DNA from: a virus
Direction: 5' to 3' (one strand)
IMG/VR virus record: IMGVR_UViG_3300023210_000015
Coordinates: 32,001-96,000 of that record
DNA: 64,000 nt
Position numbers and translations under genes: made by a program. Below, in pieces: positions 10,070 to 20,467 of the stretch. Numbering within the stretch: the first letter of the stretch is position 1; every line of letters starts with the position of its first letter. The notes beneath the pieces were generated by a model that made no database searches, was not told where the DNA came from, and was given only the letters and a program-made list of their open reading frames with translations.

Positions 10070-12961
10070 ATGGCATTAGGAGCTAGCAATACAGTCTTTT
10101 TCTATCGAGACGGTGACCCCGACAGTTTAGCTGTCGCGGAATATTATCGTGATTCTCGTGGTCTACCAGCAGATCAAATCGTTCCCATTGTTTGTTCAGA
10201 TATAGAGATATTAAATAGTTATGACTTGTTTAGAGCGGAAGTTGAATTGCCTATTTTCAATTCTTTGAATTCTGCTCCATTAAATGCTAGAGATATTTAT
10301 GTCTTGATTCTTGGTTATAATGTGCCTGGTGGATTTTATGAACCAGGAATACCACCAGTACCACCAGAACCAAGCAGCAGTTCGTCTAGTTCTTCTACCG
10401 GTCCAATTGAAAGTAGTTCGTCTATCACCAGTTCTAGTAGTTCTGCTGTCGCTGGGAGTTCTAGTAGTTCTGCTGCCGCTGGGAGTTCTAGTAGTTCTGC
10501 TGCCGCTGGGAGTTCTAGTAGTTCAGGAGGTTGTATCGGTGATAAAGAAGTTACAGGCGATTTGAATGAACCGGAAGCTATTGGTTGTTATGACGAAGCT
10601 GGCACTATTGATGGGAAAGATTATTTTGCCGGTGGTGGAACACCACAATGGTTTATCGTCTTTAATAGCGGTGCTGATGCATGGTTTATATCGACCAATA
10701 CGACTGATCCGGACACTGTTGGCAGATATTGGATGGGCGATGATCCACCAGGCACAAATGCTAGTCCGAATGGCACTTATAATCCAGGCGGTACGGCAAC
10801 CGGAGTTGCAACCGTGACAGACGGAGCGCTGCCTCTAATCGTTGACCCAGGAAGTGGCTTTACTAGTTCTGGCGATATAATATCTTCAGTTTCACGAATC
10901 ATGAGAATAAATGCCCCACTTCTTCCAGATGAAGAAAACTATTTTTATGGTCATAAAACCAGTACATTATTCCAAGATGGCGATGAGGACTATGCTTACG
11001 TAGTTTCCAGAATTGATGCCCCAAGTGTTGCTTTGGCAGAAGAGATGATTGATAAGGCCGCTGAGATAGAAAATCAAGGCGTTATTAATGGCAAATTTTT
11101 CTTAGACCCATTTTTTGGGATTTCTAGTAATTCATATTTGACTTATCAAAACAATCTTTTGACTTTCGCTGCTCATACGTTTCCTAATCTGCATCTGCCG
11201 TTAGTGATGACGAATCTCGAAGACCCTTACGTAGATACTGTTTTTGCTTGTATAGAACAAGATAGCTTCTATTGGGGCGGCATCGCAGATTATGCTAATA
11301 ATATTTTCTATGGTACAGATACAAGCAGAATGTTCTTCTACAATACTGATACCAATCCAGCTTTGACTGTAAGAACATTAATTGAAAACTATTGGGTTGT
11401 AGATGCTCTTAATAATGGTTATGCTGCTGCGGCAGGAGCGATGTCTAGCATGATCCCAAGTAGGTTCTTAGATGCTACTGTATTCTTCGAAACTCTATTA
11501 ACGCAACACGGAACAATTGGAGAAGCATTCTTATTCGCTTCACATTATGTTCAAACTCCACTGACATTTATCGGTGATCCGTTAACAACAGTTGTATTCC
11601 CGGCTTCTAATCGTGATCCGTCTGGTGTTCCTAATCTGTACTGTAGTTTCTTTGGTGGCGAAAAAGCACCATATCAAATGACATTGGATTTCTCTGACAT
11701 TGAGATATCAGATGATTGTTTGACTGACCCATCCACTGGTGATAGATTTTATGTTAGTTCTGTTAATGCTGATATCAATTGGATACATTCTGTATCTTGG
11801 GTCAGCAACTGTAGATGGGAAACTACAATTCCTAAAGCAGTTACTACTGTAAGATGGTTTGCTCCTATAACTGAGTCTGACCCATGTAGTAATTTGCCAA
11901 GTACGTCTTTTGATGGAGAAGTCGTAGAACACGATTTAATTGTTTCAGCAGAGATACAAAAAGTTCTCTCATCTGATAAAAGTTATTATTTAACAATTAA
12001 AATACAAAGTAGTGATGGGAATATCACATTCTTTGAGGGTGGTAATTATTATACGTTGGGACAAGATTTAAAAGGATTTGTATTAGAGAATATCAATAAT
12101 ACCGCTTCTATAGATGGGAACACGATTATTATAGGCATCGGCGGTGATATCGATCTAAATGATACCTATTTCATCGGAGATATTGAGGGATATGCATTTG
12201 AGCCAACGGAAGCAGACATATGGCTTCAAACCAGCATAGAGTTAGCAAAAGCCGTCGCTAATTTCAATGAAAAAACAGAATTGACGGCTGAAGCATTCTA
12301 TAAAATAACTTTGAGCATGGACATCCCAACAGAAGTAGATATGCTCTACCCATCGCAGAGATTGGCTATAGGAAATAATACTGATAGGAGAAAGTCTTGG
12401 TTCTATGCCATGACGGAATATCTATTGACGTATGGAAAACAAAGATTTATAGAAGATTATTTGAAAGTGAATCCTGATGAAAACAAAAACATATTAACAA
12501 TGAATGAATTTCTTGGAATGGAAGGATACAAAATCAGTGAACAGTTATTGGATGTATTAGGGGAGGACAGAGAGGAAATAGAAGAGAAATACATATATCC
12601 TGAAGGATTTTGGACTTATGAAACTCCTTTGGCAGATGCGGCTGCTGCTGTTGCCTATTATTATTTTGAATTGGATGTAGCCACAGATACCGATTTCAAT
12701 AATATTATATTCTCGTTTGATAGTGCAGCCAATAGAGTAGGATGGAGATATCAAACAGGAATAGATGAAGATGGGCAACCTATATTCGACATTGTTCCGT
12801 TATCAGGTGTGCCATACAGTGAAATAGGTTCCATGATTAAATTCGAAAGTCCAGAACAGTATTATCTGGATAGAAATGTTATATATTATTATAGATTTAG
12901 ACAAAAAACAAATACAACCAATTACCCATACACAACATGGAATGGTGTAATTTATACTTAA
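10070..12961 (+). CDS. TIGR03790-like protein with Ser-rich insertion; probable virion-surface protein
   Basis: N-terminus DSLAVAEYYRDSRGLP.., VVSRIDAPS..AEEMIDKA, GTIGEAF..FIGDPL; extra beta-rich domains. Confidence 0.6.
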   Translation: MALGASNTVFFYRDGDPDSLAVAEYYRDSRGLPADQIVPIVCSDIEILNSYDLFRAEVELPIFNSLNSAPLNARDIYVLILGYNVPGGFYEPGIPPVPPEPSSSSSSSSTGPIESSSSITSSSSSAVAGSSSSSAAAGSSSSSAAAGSSSSSGGCIGDKEVTGDLNEPEAIGCYDEAGTIDGKDYFAGGGTPQWFIVFNSGADAWFISTNTTDPDTVGRYWMGDDPPGTNASPNGTYNPGGTATGVATVTDGALPLIVDPGSGFTSSGDIISSVSRIMRINAPLLPDEENYFYGHKTSTLFQDGDEDYAYVVSRIDAPSVALAEEMIDKAAEIENQGVINGKFFLDPFFGISSNSYLTYQNNLLTFAAHTFPNLHLPLVMTNLEDPYVDTVFACIEQDSFYWGGIADYANNIFYGTDTSRMFFYNTDTNPALTVRTLIENYWVVDALNNGYAAAAGAMSSMIPSRFLDATVFFETLLTQHGTIGEAFLFASHYVQTPLTFIGDPLTTVVFPASNRDPSGVPNLYCSFFGGEKAPYQMTLDFSDIEISDDCLTDPSTGDRFYVSSVNADINWIHSVSWVSNCRWETTIPKAVTTVRWFAPITESDPCSNLPSTSFDGEVVEHDLIVSAEIQKVLSSDKSYYLTIKIQSSDGNITFFEGGNYYTLGQDLKGFVLENINNTASIDGNTIIIGIGGDIDLNDTYFIGDIEGYAFEPTEADIWLQTSIELAKAVANFNEKTELTAEAFYKITLSMDIPTEVDMLYPSQRLAIGNNTDRRKSWFYAMTEYLLTYGKQRFIEDYLKVNPDENKNILTMNEFLGMEGYKISEQLLDVLGEDREEIEEKYIYPEGFWTYETPLADAAAAVAYYYFELDVATDTDFNNIIFSFDSAANRVGWRYQTGIDEDGQPIFDIVPLSGVPYSEIGSMIKFESPEQYYLDRNVIYYYRFRQKTNTTNYPYTTWNGVIYT
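10430..10524 (+). repeat. 27-bp tandem repeat x3.5 encoding SSSSSA(A/V)AG
   Basis: AGTTCTAGTAGTTCTGCTGYCGCTGGG units read directly from the sequence. Confidence 0.95.
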
Positions 12962-12972
12962 GGATTTTATTA

Positions 12973-13353
12973 ATGATTAGCAGTTCTGATTACAAATATG
13001 TTTCTGATCGAGTTTCAGATAACTATACTTTTAATGAAAAGATTAGAGATGCTCTTTTGGCGGCTCTTGGTCAATTGAATCTTTCAGATCGACCTGGGTT
13101 AACTCAAGATGGTTTTGTTCTTGAAGCATTGAAAACAGAGATATCAAACACGTTATATACATACGTTGTTACTGATAGAATTGAGGTATCTGATTTATCA
13201 TTGGATTTAGTATCTGCTATGCAATTGCATGTGACAACCCATTATGGCTCTGTAAATGGTTTTTTAAGCGATAGTGGAGTAAAGGTCAAGCAGGATTTTG
13301 CTGATCTTTCGGAAAGGGCCGGATACACTATAGATTCCGGCAATATAGAATAA
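12973..13353 (+). CDS. Hypothetical protein upstream of TerL
   Basis: ORF with AAGGA before ATG 12973; tight operon spacing. Confidence 0.7.
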   Translation: MISSSDYKYVSDRVSDNYTFNEKIRDALLAALGQLNLSDRPGLTQDGFVLEALKTEISNTLYTYVVTDRIEVSDLSLDLVSAMQLHVTTHYGSVNGFLSDSGVKVKQDFADLSERAGYTIDSGNIE

Positions 13354-13355
13354 AT

Positions 13356-15275
13356 ATGCCAAAAAAACAATATACAACTATAGGAGATATGCTACAAGAG
13401 GCTAAAGATGATATAGCTGCCAAAATGGATTTGTCTTCCAGCAAAAGCATACCTGATATCGTAACATTTTGTGAAGATCAAAAATATCTTGGATTAAGAA
13501 AATGCGATGAAGATGGAAATGAAATTGCCAATTTGTATCCTATGCAAATGCTTATTTTAAAAGTATTTTATCGTGGGACGCTTGGTAATGAGGATTTGGT
13601 TTTGACGGACGAAGACATAGAACTATTAAAAGAACTTAATTTAGAAGATAATGACCATGGCGATGTCTTAGGAAAATACAATTCAAAGGCTATTTTTAGA
13701 GAATTAGTTTTGGTATGGGGAAGACGTTCAGGTAAAACTTTCTTATTCTCTATTATCGCTTTGTATGAAGCCATGAAATTATTAGAAACACCTGGCGGTG
13801 ATCCTAACGTACTTTATAGACTTGGTGGTGGTGCTGAAATTTCTATTTTAACTGTTGCTATGTCATCTGACCAAGCACACTTGGCGTTTTTGGAAATCAG
13901 AGAGAAATTATTACACAGTAAATATTTTGAAGATAAGTTTATGAGGCCAGATGGTATTACTGCTGATTCTATTTATCTGCTTACTCCAAAAGACAAAAAA
14001 GATAATGAAGACTGTAAAAAGAAGAATATCCCTCAGAAAAAGGGATCGATAGTTATCGAAGTGGGTCACAGTAACTCTAGTACACTTAGAGGTAAATCTA
14101 TTTTCGTTTTGCTGTTTGATGAGATTGCTGCCTACAAAACAACTTCTGGCCCTTCTTCTGATGAAAACATTTATGCTTCTTTAATCCCTTCTGTTAATAC
14201 TTATTTCCGTATATTTCCTGCGTTGGATAAAGATGGTAATCAAAAGGTTGATGAACGCGGAAAAAAAGTGTTCGATAAAATATTTGATGGAAAAATAATT
14301 TGTATTTCAACTCCAATGGGCAAAGAAGGTAAGTTGTATGATTTATACAGTAAAGCCCCAGCCGCAAAACACAGGCTGACTTGCAGATTATCGACATGGG
14401 ATGTAAATCCATTTTTAACAGAAGATGATTTAAGAGCAAATGCGGATTTGCCTGAAGACAAGTTCATGCAAGAGTATGGCGCTGAATTCTCTGGTACTGC
14501 TGGTGAAAACTTCTTCCCAAGAGAATGTGTAGAAGAAATTTTCAAGAAAGGTTATTCCAAGAAAATGAAAACGCATGGCGAACCAGGCACTGTCTATTTT
14601 GCTCACTTAGACCCTGCTAGTACAAGCCATAACTATGCACTAGCCATCGTGCATAAAGAACTTTCGTATAATAAAGAAACAAAGCAAATAGATTTTAGAG
14701 TTGTTGTTGACCATCTTAAATACTGGCAACCTCTGCCGAATAAGCCAATCAATGTAGATATGGTAGATGAGTATCTCATCAAAATGAAGAGTTTCTTCTT
14801 CTTCGGATTAGTGACATACGATCAATGGAATAGCGCTTCTAGTATACAAAAAGTGCGTAAGCACGGATTGCCAGCAAAATGCACAAGGTTTAATAACAGA
14901 TTTAAGATGGCAATTTATGATGAATTATACAATTTGGTTGTTGGTGGGAAAATAGTAATTCCATATAATGACTTATTGATGAATGAAATGATTAATTTAC
15001 AGAGGAAAATGACCCCTACTGGATGGCGTGTAGGACCGAAAAAAGCTGGTGGCACACAAACAGACGATTGCGTGGACGCATTGGCTGGTGCTTGCTATCA
15101 TGCAGTACAAGCCACGTTTAATAGGCTTCCAACAGGTCAAATAGTAGCTACTACAAACGGGACAGCAGGCAGAAGAATGTGGAATTCGATGCAAGGTCCA
15201 ATAGGATACGGAACAGGTAGAGAGGTTTCTAGTAACTTAGAACGCCTTAAATCGTGGCCAAGCCGTTTAAGATAA
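13356..15275 (+). CDS. terL: Terminase large subunit
   Basis: LYPMQ, Walker A WGRRSGKT, LRG..Walker B LLFDEIA, ISTP coupling motif, QEYGAEF, nuclease HLDPA..YDQW..DDCVDALA. Confidence 0.95.
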   Translation: MPKKQYTTIGDMLQEAKDDIAAKMDLSSSKSIPDIVTFCEDQKYLGLRKCDEDGNEIANLYPMQMLILKVFYRGTLGNEDLVLTDEDIELLKELNLEDNDHGDVLGKYNSKAIFRELVLVWGRRSGKTFLFSIIALYEAMKLLETPGGDPNVLYRLGGGAEISILTVAMSSDQAHLAFLEIREKLLHSKYFEDKFMRPDGITADSIYLLTPKDKKDNEDCKKKNIPQKKGSIVIEVGHSNSSTLRGKSIFVLLFDEIAAYKTTSGPSSDENIYASLIPSVNTYFRIFPALDKDGNQKVDERGKKVFDKIFDGKIICISTPMGKEGKLYDLYSKAPAAKHRLTCRLSTWDVNPFLTEDDLRANADLPEDKFMQEYGAEFSGTAGENFFPRECVEEIFKKGYSKKMKTHGEPGTVYFAHLDPASTSHNYALAIVHKELSYNKETKQIDFRVVVDHLKYWQPLPNKPINVDMVDEYLIKMKSFFFFGLVTYDQWNSASSIQKVRKHGLPAKCTRFNNRFKMAIYDELYNLVVGGKIVIPYNDLLMNEMINLQRKMTPTGWRVGPKKAGGTQTDDCVDALAGACYHAVQATFNRLPTGQIVATTNGTAGRRMWNSMQGPIGYGTGREVSSNLERLKSWPSRLR

Positions 15276-15355
15276 ATAAAGGTAAATTTTTGTTTATTCG
15301 GAATGAAAAAAGTAAGTATCGGTATATCGATTAACATAATGTTCGGAGAATAATA

Positions 15356-16243
15356 ATGGTTAAATACAACCAACAGAAACAAAAAAAAGAAGCACAGATC
15401 AAGCCTTATGAAAAAATGTTGCTAGATAATCAAAATAAGTATGATACAGATGTTAAAGGCGACAAGATTGAAGATAAACTTCTCGAAGACGAGAGAGGCA
15501 CCGATGGTGCAAAAGGTGATAAAATTTATGAGAAGTTACAAGAGGATGTAAGAACTGGCTCTCCAGATAAAAATACAGAAGGACAGCTTAATGAAGGTTC
15601 GACCAAATATAATGACGCTGAACATCGCAGTGATGGTGGAGAACCATTGATGGATTATCATAAAAAGACGGAGAATGAAGAAATAGCTGATTTTACTAAG
15701 GCTAATTCTGGTATGAAAAGAGACAAGATGTTTTGGGATAAATACGTTAATTCTCAGATTCCCCCAAAGGGTGGGAACGAAAGTCTCAATGAATTAACCA
15801 AGATTGTTGACAATGATCAGTCAAGTCAGCTTTTGTCCAATTATGATACGAGAGAAGAGATGAGAGAGGCCACACCAGCCGTAAAATCGGCTTCTGCTGA
15901 CCTCAAAGACGCTGATGCTATCTTATACCATATTTACAGAGAAGCGGCTGAGAACGGCAGGGAATTGACAGACCAAGAAAAACAAGCAACTGAAGAAATC
16001 AATAGTTATAAAACAAATACATTGGTGGAGTTGCAAAAAGAAGCTGTTTACTTTCCTCCCGGTGGCGAGCAAATGCCCACTTCACCTAATGGCGATATAA
16101 ATTGGGCTTATTTCAGAGAACAGAAAAAGAAAGAAAAAGCACTAAAAGATAAAATTAAACGTGGGCCACCAAAAAAGGGGGAAGAAGACGAATGCGAACC
16201 TGGATCGCGTAAAAATCCATGCAGAGGACCGAATGTAAAATAA
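15356..16243 (+). CDS. Hypothetical head-associated protein with EK(L/Q)L-type repeats
   Basis: ORF after a late-type promoter motif; KEAQ and KSAS motifs. Confidence 0.6.
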   Translation: MVKYNQQKQKKEAQIKPYEKMLLDNQNKYDTDVKGDKIEDKLLEDERGTDGAKGDKIYEKLQEDVRTGSPDKNTEGQLNEGSTKYNDAEHRSDGGEPLMDYHKKTENEEIADFTKANSGMKRDKMFWDKYVNSQIPPKGGNESLNELTKIVDNDQSSQLLSNYDTREEMREATPAVKSASADLKDADAILYHIYREAAENGRELTDQEKQATEEINSYKTNTLVELQKEAVYFPPGGEQMPTSPNGDINWAYFREQKKKEKALKDKIKRGPPKKGEEDECEPGSRKNPCRGPNVK

Positions 16244-16473
16244 TGAAAATCATTAAATCAAAAAAAGTTGCTCAATATATTGATGAAGGTATCAAAAGAC
16301 CGTTACATAGGGATGAAAAATTTAGAGCCACTGTTTATCTTGATGTGTTTGCAAAAGATAAAGTTGATGCTCAATCTAAATTGAATCAAATGCTTGAAAG
16401 TTTATACCCTGATTTAGATTTATTTACTATTGTTGACGTTAAATCTTGGACTGAAATTAAAAACATTGGATAA
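16243..16473 (+). CDS. Small hypothetical protein (MKIIKSKKVAQ leader)
   Basis: TAATG coupling at 16241-16245. Confidence 0.65.
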   Translation: MKIIKSKKVAQYIDEGIKRPLHRDEKFRATVYLDVFAKDKVDAQSKLNQMLESLYPDLDLFTIVDVKSWTEIKNIG

Positions 16474-16474
16474 A

Positions 16475-17002
16475 ATGAATTGGTATCATCAGATTAAAAC
16501 TGCTATAAGGGGCAATCTGGAAAGAATGAACGATCCAGATACATATCCTTATCAACATTCTAAGCCCGGCGAAATTAGCGACGGGCAGCTTTCTTATTTG
16601 ACACAATTCGGGGATGAAAGCGGGAATTCTGGCTCTGCATCTATTGGAGGTCGTAGATTCAGAAACAAAAAAGCCCCTCGTGATTGGAGTTCAAAATCGA
16701 ATGAATATGACTGGGACGGTACTTCATCTTGGAAAATGGAAGATTTACCAGAATCCGATCATATGTTTGTTACAGATGATGATTCAACAATGATGGGGAC
16801 AGGCAAGGGTGTAGACAGTACAACTAGACAAGATTTTACCGATAGTAGAGATAGATTGCCAACAGATAAAGAAACTTTTGGCCCTGACCCTCGTGGTCCA
16901 CACAATATGTGGAAACCGTGGGGCGATAATCAGAAAAGAAAAAAAAGTTTATATGACAAAACGAGAGAGAGAGTGAAAGGAGCATATCATGGCCGAATAT
17001 AG
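16475..17002 (+). CDS. Hypothetical protein with MNWYHQIKTA leader
   Basis: ATG directly follows the upstream stop; leader shared with other ORFs. Confidence 0.7.
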   Translation: MNWYHQIKTAIRGNLERMNDPDTYPYQHSKPGEISDGQLSYLTQFGDESGNSGSASIGGRRFRNKKAPRDWSSKSNEYDWDGTSSWKMEDLPESDHMFVTDDDSTMMGTGKGVDSTTRQDFTDSRDRLPTDKETFGPDPRGPHNMWKPWGDNQKRKKSLYDKTRERVKGAYHGRI

Positions 17003-17711
17003 AGTTAAAGTAAATCCAAACTTTTTAGGAGAGTTGACGCTTCCGTTTTTGGATGTACCAGTTACAGCGAATCAAAGGATTGTGTTAAATGAGCAGCAAT
17101 ATCGTGATGGTCTAATTCAGGGAGCGATCAAAAGGAATTATCTTATTGATGACACTCCGCAAGAAGCTGTTGTGGAAGAAGTCGTAGAGGAAGTTGTGGA
17201 AGAAGTCGTAGAGGAAGTTGAAGCTGTTCATCCAACAGAAGATATCGAAGAAGTTGAGATAGAGGAAGATATTGATCCCACGTTAGGCGAACCTGAAACT
17301 ACTCCTATCGTTTGGGATGCTGAAGAGCAAGTGGCTGTAGATGCCAAAACTGGCATGAAGAAAATGCTAAAACAATTGAAAGGCGTAGAAATGGATGTCG
17401 CAGTTGGCGATATCGATTTTGATAAAGTCGAAGAAGAAAAAAAGGTTGCAAAGAAAACTCGAAAGAGGACAGTGAAGAAAGCTGCGAAGAAAACCAAAAG
17501 AGTTAAAAAGGCCAAGAAGGCCAAGAAAACAGCTAAAAAGGTAAAAAAGGGTAAAACCCTTCCATTGCCATCTTCTGGAGATATCGAATTTATTGATAGT
17601 CCAGCCAATGATGGTGAGATTTCTTTTGTCGATGAAGAGCAACGAATCGAAAAGATTAAAAAGCATCCTGTTCTAAATAAGAAATTAGAAAATAACGAGG
17701 AAGTTGGTTAA
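16989..17711 (+). CDS. Acidic protein with a histone-H1-like Lys/Ala tract
   Basis: EEVV repeats and KKVAKKTRKRTVKKAAKKTKRVKKAKKAKKTAKK. Confidence 0.65.
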   Translation: MAEYRVKVNPNFLGELTLPFLDVPVTANQRIVLNEQQYRDGLIQGAIKRNYLIDDTPQEAVVEEVVEEVVEEVVEEVEAVHPTEDIEEVEIEEDIDPTLGEPETTPIVWDAEEQVAVDAKTGMKKMLKQLKGVEMDVAVGDIDFDKVEEEKKVAKKTRKRTVKKAAKKTKRVKKAKKAKKTAKKVKKGKTLPLPSSGDIEFIDSPANDGEISFVDEEQRIEKIKKHPVLNKKLENNEEVG

Positions 17712-18295
17712 TGATATTTATTGATTCCGCAAAAAGCAAGAAAAAGAATAAAAAAAAAGATGATTTTTTCAAAGTATACTGGAAGCTCCTTGAGCCGCCA
17801 GCATACGTTGATTTAATGGTTGCGGATATTTTGTGGAATTCGACATTAACTAAATTAGCAAATAAGAATTTAAAAGAAGTATCACTAAAAGGCACATTAC
17901 ATAAGAATGATAGTGGATTTGTTTATGTAAAAGTAGATGATGATGTGATACACGGAATGTATACGCTGATTGATGAAGAAGGTATTAGTGAACCTCCTTA
18001 TTTTGGTAAGGGCGACAAAAAAATTGGGGCACATATTTCTGCTATTTCTCAAGATGAACTTGAAGAAAAAGATGTTGACATCAAAGACATTAAAGAAATA
18101 GGTGATGAAGTTAATTTCACTTTAGGTGAAATGTATTCTACTAACCCTGACGGATGGGATGAAATGAAGAAGGTATATTTCATTTCTGTAGACGCTCCTG
18201 AACTCAAAGAGATAAGAAAAAGTTATGGGTTGCCAGCGACGTACAAAAATAAAGGTCATGATTTTCATATTACAGTAGCAGTTGAAAAGGCGTAA
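17711..18295 (+). CDS. 2H phosphoesterase
   Basis: Paired HxS/HxT motifs GAHISAI and DFHITVA. Confidence 0.75.
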   Translation: MIFIDSAKSKKKNKKKDDFFKVYWKLLEPPAYVDLMVADILWNSTLTKLANKNLKEVSLKGTLHKNDSGFVYVKVDDDVIHGMYTLIDEEGISEPPYFGKGDKKIGAHISAISQDELEEKDVDIKDIKEIGDEVNFTLGEMYSTNPDGWDEMKKVYFISVDAPELKEIRKSYGLPATYKNKGHDFHITVAVEKA

Positions 18296-18297
18296 AA

Positions 18298-19128
18298 ATG
18301 GATAACGTTTGGGACATTTTGACAAAAGAGTTAGCATACTATGGAGTTAACCTCACAAATTCTAGTGAATGCTCTGTCGCTTTTGGTAACAAGATAAAGA
18401 AAGCTCCAACAAAAAATGTCATAGGGAGTATTGAGAAACGTATTAGACATAACGGTTTGCTTTTGGAAGAACTGTTTAGCGAACTGATAGAACTTCTGGG
18501 ACAAACACAACCAATATCCACAAAAGACCCACTCGATGAAATCACAATAAAGTTTTTTGTAAACTCTCTCAAAGCAACATGCGATTTTGTTGGTTTTTTA
18601 TGCCATGAATGCGACTTTGTAGATAACGCTATAAAAAAGAGATTAAGTTCTGAATTACCGCAAGCTTTAAATAGAGATTATACAGAATTTCCAAAAGAAG
18701 TGATCTTATCATTGCCAGACTTAAAGATCAATATTGATTGGGTATATAGGAATATGTCAATCTTAAATTACATTAGATCGCTTTTGGAGTTCGCAAGACT
18801 TGGCCCTAACAGTATCCAAAAAATGAATATCAAAATAGCCAGAGGTATTTCTGGTCCTTGGGCCAATCTAGACTTGCCTATGTTGGAAAGAAAATTTCCA
18901 TATGCAGATATTGCTGAAGAGATGTCAGGAAGACGCAGAGATATCCGACACCAATTAAGATACGAAAAAGGCTTTATGCATTACAACGATCCTTCTGGTA
19001 AGGTGGGAGAAGGTCATTATTGGCGTGAAATACGCAACGAACCTTTCTCTTGGTCTGCCGGAAACACAGAGAGTCCATATCCATCTAGACATACCCTTTC
19101 CCGTTGGGGTTCACGTTCTTCACAGTAA
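18298..19128 (+). CDS. Hypothetical protein
   Basis: Long ORF in operon; internal KIARG site. Confidence 0.6.
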   Translation: MDNVWDILTKELAYYGVNLTNSSECSVAFGNKIKKAPTKNVIGSIEKRIRHNGLLLEELFSELIELLGQTQPISTKDPLDEITIKFFVNSLKATCDFVGFLCHECDFVDNAIKKRLSSELPQALNRDYTEFPKEVILSLPDLKINIDWVYRNMSILNYIRSLLEFARLGPNSIQKMNIKIARGISGPWANLDLPMLERKFPYADIAEEMSGRRRDIRHQLRYEKGFMHYNDPSGKVGEGHYWREIRNEPFSWSAGNTESPYPSRHTLSRWGSRSSQ

Positions 19129-19172
19129 AGGAATTACTCTAGAATATCAGAATTATATTCTTGGAGAATTCT

Positions 19173-19652
19173 ATGTTTAAAATTTTTATCTTAGAAGATA
19201 ACCATGAACGCATTGAGTGGTTTAAAGATATGTTCAAGGGAAATGAACTAGATATAACGAAAAACGCAAAAAAGGCGATTAAGCAGATGTCTAAAAATCG
19301 TTATGATATCATTTTCCTAGATCATGACTTGGGTGAAGAGGACTTGGCATTAACTGGCCGTGAAGTAGCTAGACAAATGAAAAAACGCAAGATTGCTAGA
19401 GATACTCCTGTAGTCTTGCATTCAAAAAATCCGCATAATAGAAGAAAAATGTTAAGACATTTATTAGAGTATAAAAAGGATATTGTACGAACTATTTACT
19501 CTGATTTAAGGAAATACACATTGGCCGAAATATACGAAAAAATTAGAGTCAAGTGTGTGAGTAAAAAAGTTCGGAGGAAGTTTAGGAAAACAATTAGAAA
19601 TCTTGTAAAAGATGATAATTCTTCCGAAATTAAAGATAGGATAATAACATGA
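19173..19652 (+). CDS. Stand-alone receiver domain (cyclic-phosphate-processing REC-like)
   Basis: IFILEDNHERI, IIFLDHDLG, TG..VA, VVLHSKNP. Confidence 0.8.
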   Translation: MFKIFILEDNHERIEWFKDMFKGNELDITKNAKKAIKQMSKNRYDIIFLDHDLGEEDLALTGREVARQMKKRKIARDTPVVLHSKNPHNRRKMLRHLLEYKKDIVRTIYSDLRKYTLAEIYEKIRVKCVSKKVRRKFRKTIRNLVKDDNSSEIKDRIIT

Positions 19653-20467
19653 CTAAAATATTCGTATTAGAAGATTGCCCCGAAAGAACAGAGTGGTTTA
19701 AAAAGACATTCAGCGAATGTGATCTTTGTATTGTGCAGACTGTGAAACAAGCATGTTCTGAATTAGAGAACAATGAATTTGATTTTATCTTTCTAGATAG
19801 GGATTTGGGAAATCCGCACGAGAATGGTGAAGATGTAGCGTGGCATATGATGGAAAATAAATTGGCAGAAAAAACACCAGTTATCATTCACTCTGTAAAC
19901 AAACGTGGACAAAGAGTAATAAGCCGTTATCTTGGAAGATATAAAGATAATGTCGAAGTGTTAGATTTCAACCGTCTCAAACACCATTCCGCTGACGAAA
20001 TTCTGAAGACATCACAAACTGATACAAAAACCGTTAAAGAAAGTCAATCTGTTGTTGATTTCCTTGTTAATAATTTGTCCATAGTTACAGACAAAAGTAT
20101 AAATGGTGATGTGTTCCAGAGTCGCAAGGCTCGTGCCGCTGCTGCTGTTTTTTGTATATGGAAAAACGGTAAAAACAAAATCAGTTCTAATGTATATAGA
20201 AAACCTTTACAAATATCTGAAAAAGACATACAGATTATGGAAAAAGAGAATTTTATTAAATGTATAGGTAATAATTTGAAAATTACTCCTGAAGGTTCTG
20301 AAATTATTAAAACTATGATTTTGGGAGATGATCGTTCTAGTTTCGAGAAAAAAGGAAATGAATCTATCAGCTTACACCAAGCGGAATCGAACATTAAAAA
20401 GAAAAAGAAACACAAAGAAGGTCAACGGTTGGCATCGACCAATTGGTGGGACAGATTTGAGAAATAA
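19649..20467 (+). CDS. Second REC-like domain fused to an unknown C-terminal domain
   Basis: IFVLEDCPER, FIFLDRDLG, NG.DVA, IIHSVN; paralog of the upstream gene. Confidence 0.78.
   Translation: MTKIFVLEDCPERTEWFKKTFSECDLCIVQTVKQACSELENNEFDFIFLDRDLGNPHENGEDVAWHMMENKLAEKTPVIIHSVNKRGQRVISRYLGRYKDNVEVLDFNRLKHHSADEILKTSQTDTKTVKESQSVVDFLVNNLSIVTDKSINGDVFQSRKARAAAAVFCIWKNGKNKISSNVYRKPLQISEKDIQIMEKENFIKCIGNNLKITPEGSEIIKTMILGDDRSSFEKKGNESISLHQAESNIKKKKKHKEGQRLASTNWWDRFEK

Noticed and set aside
19173-20467. Classical two-component system
   Set aside because: No histidine kinase or DNA-binding output domain; the DHDLG..HSxN pattern fits the divergent REC family.
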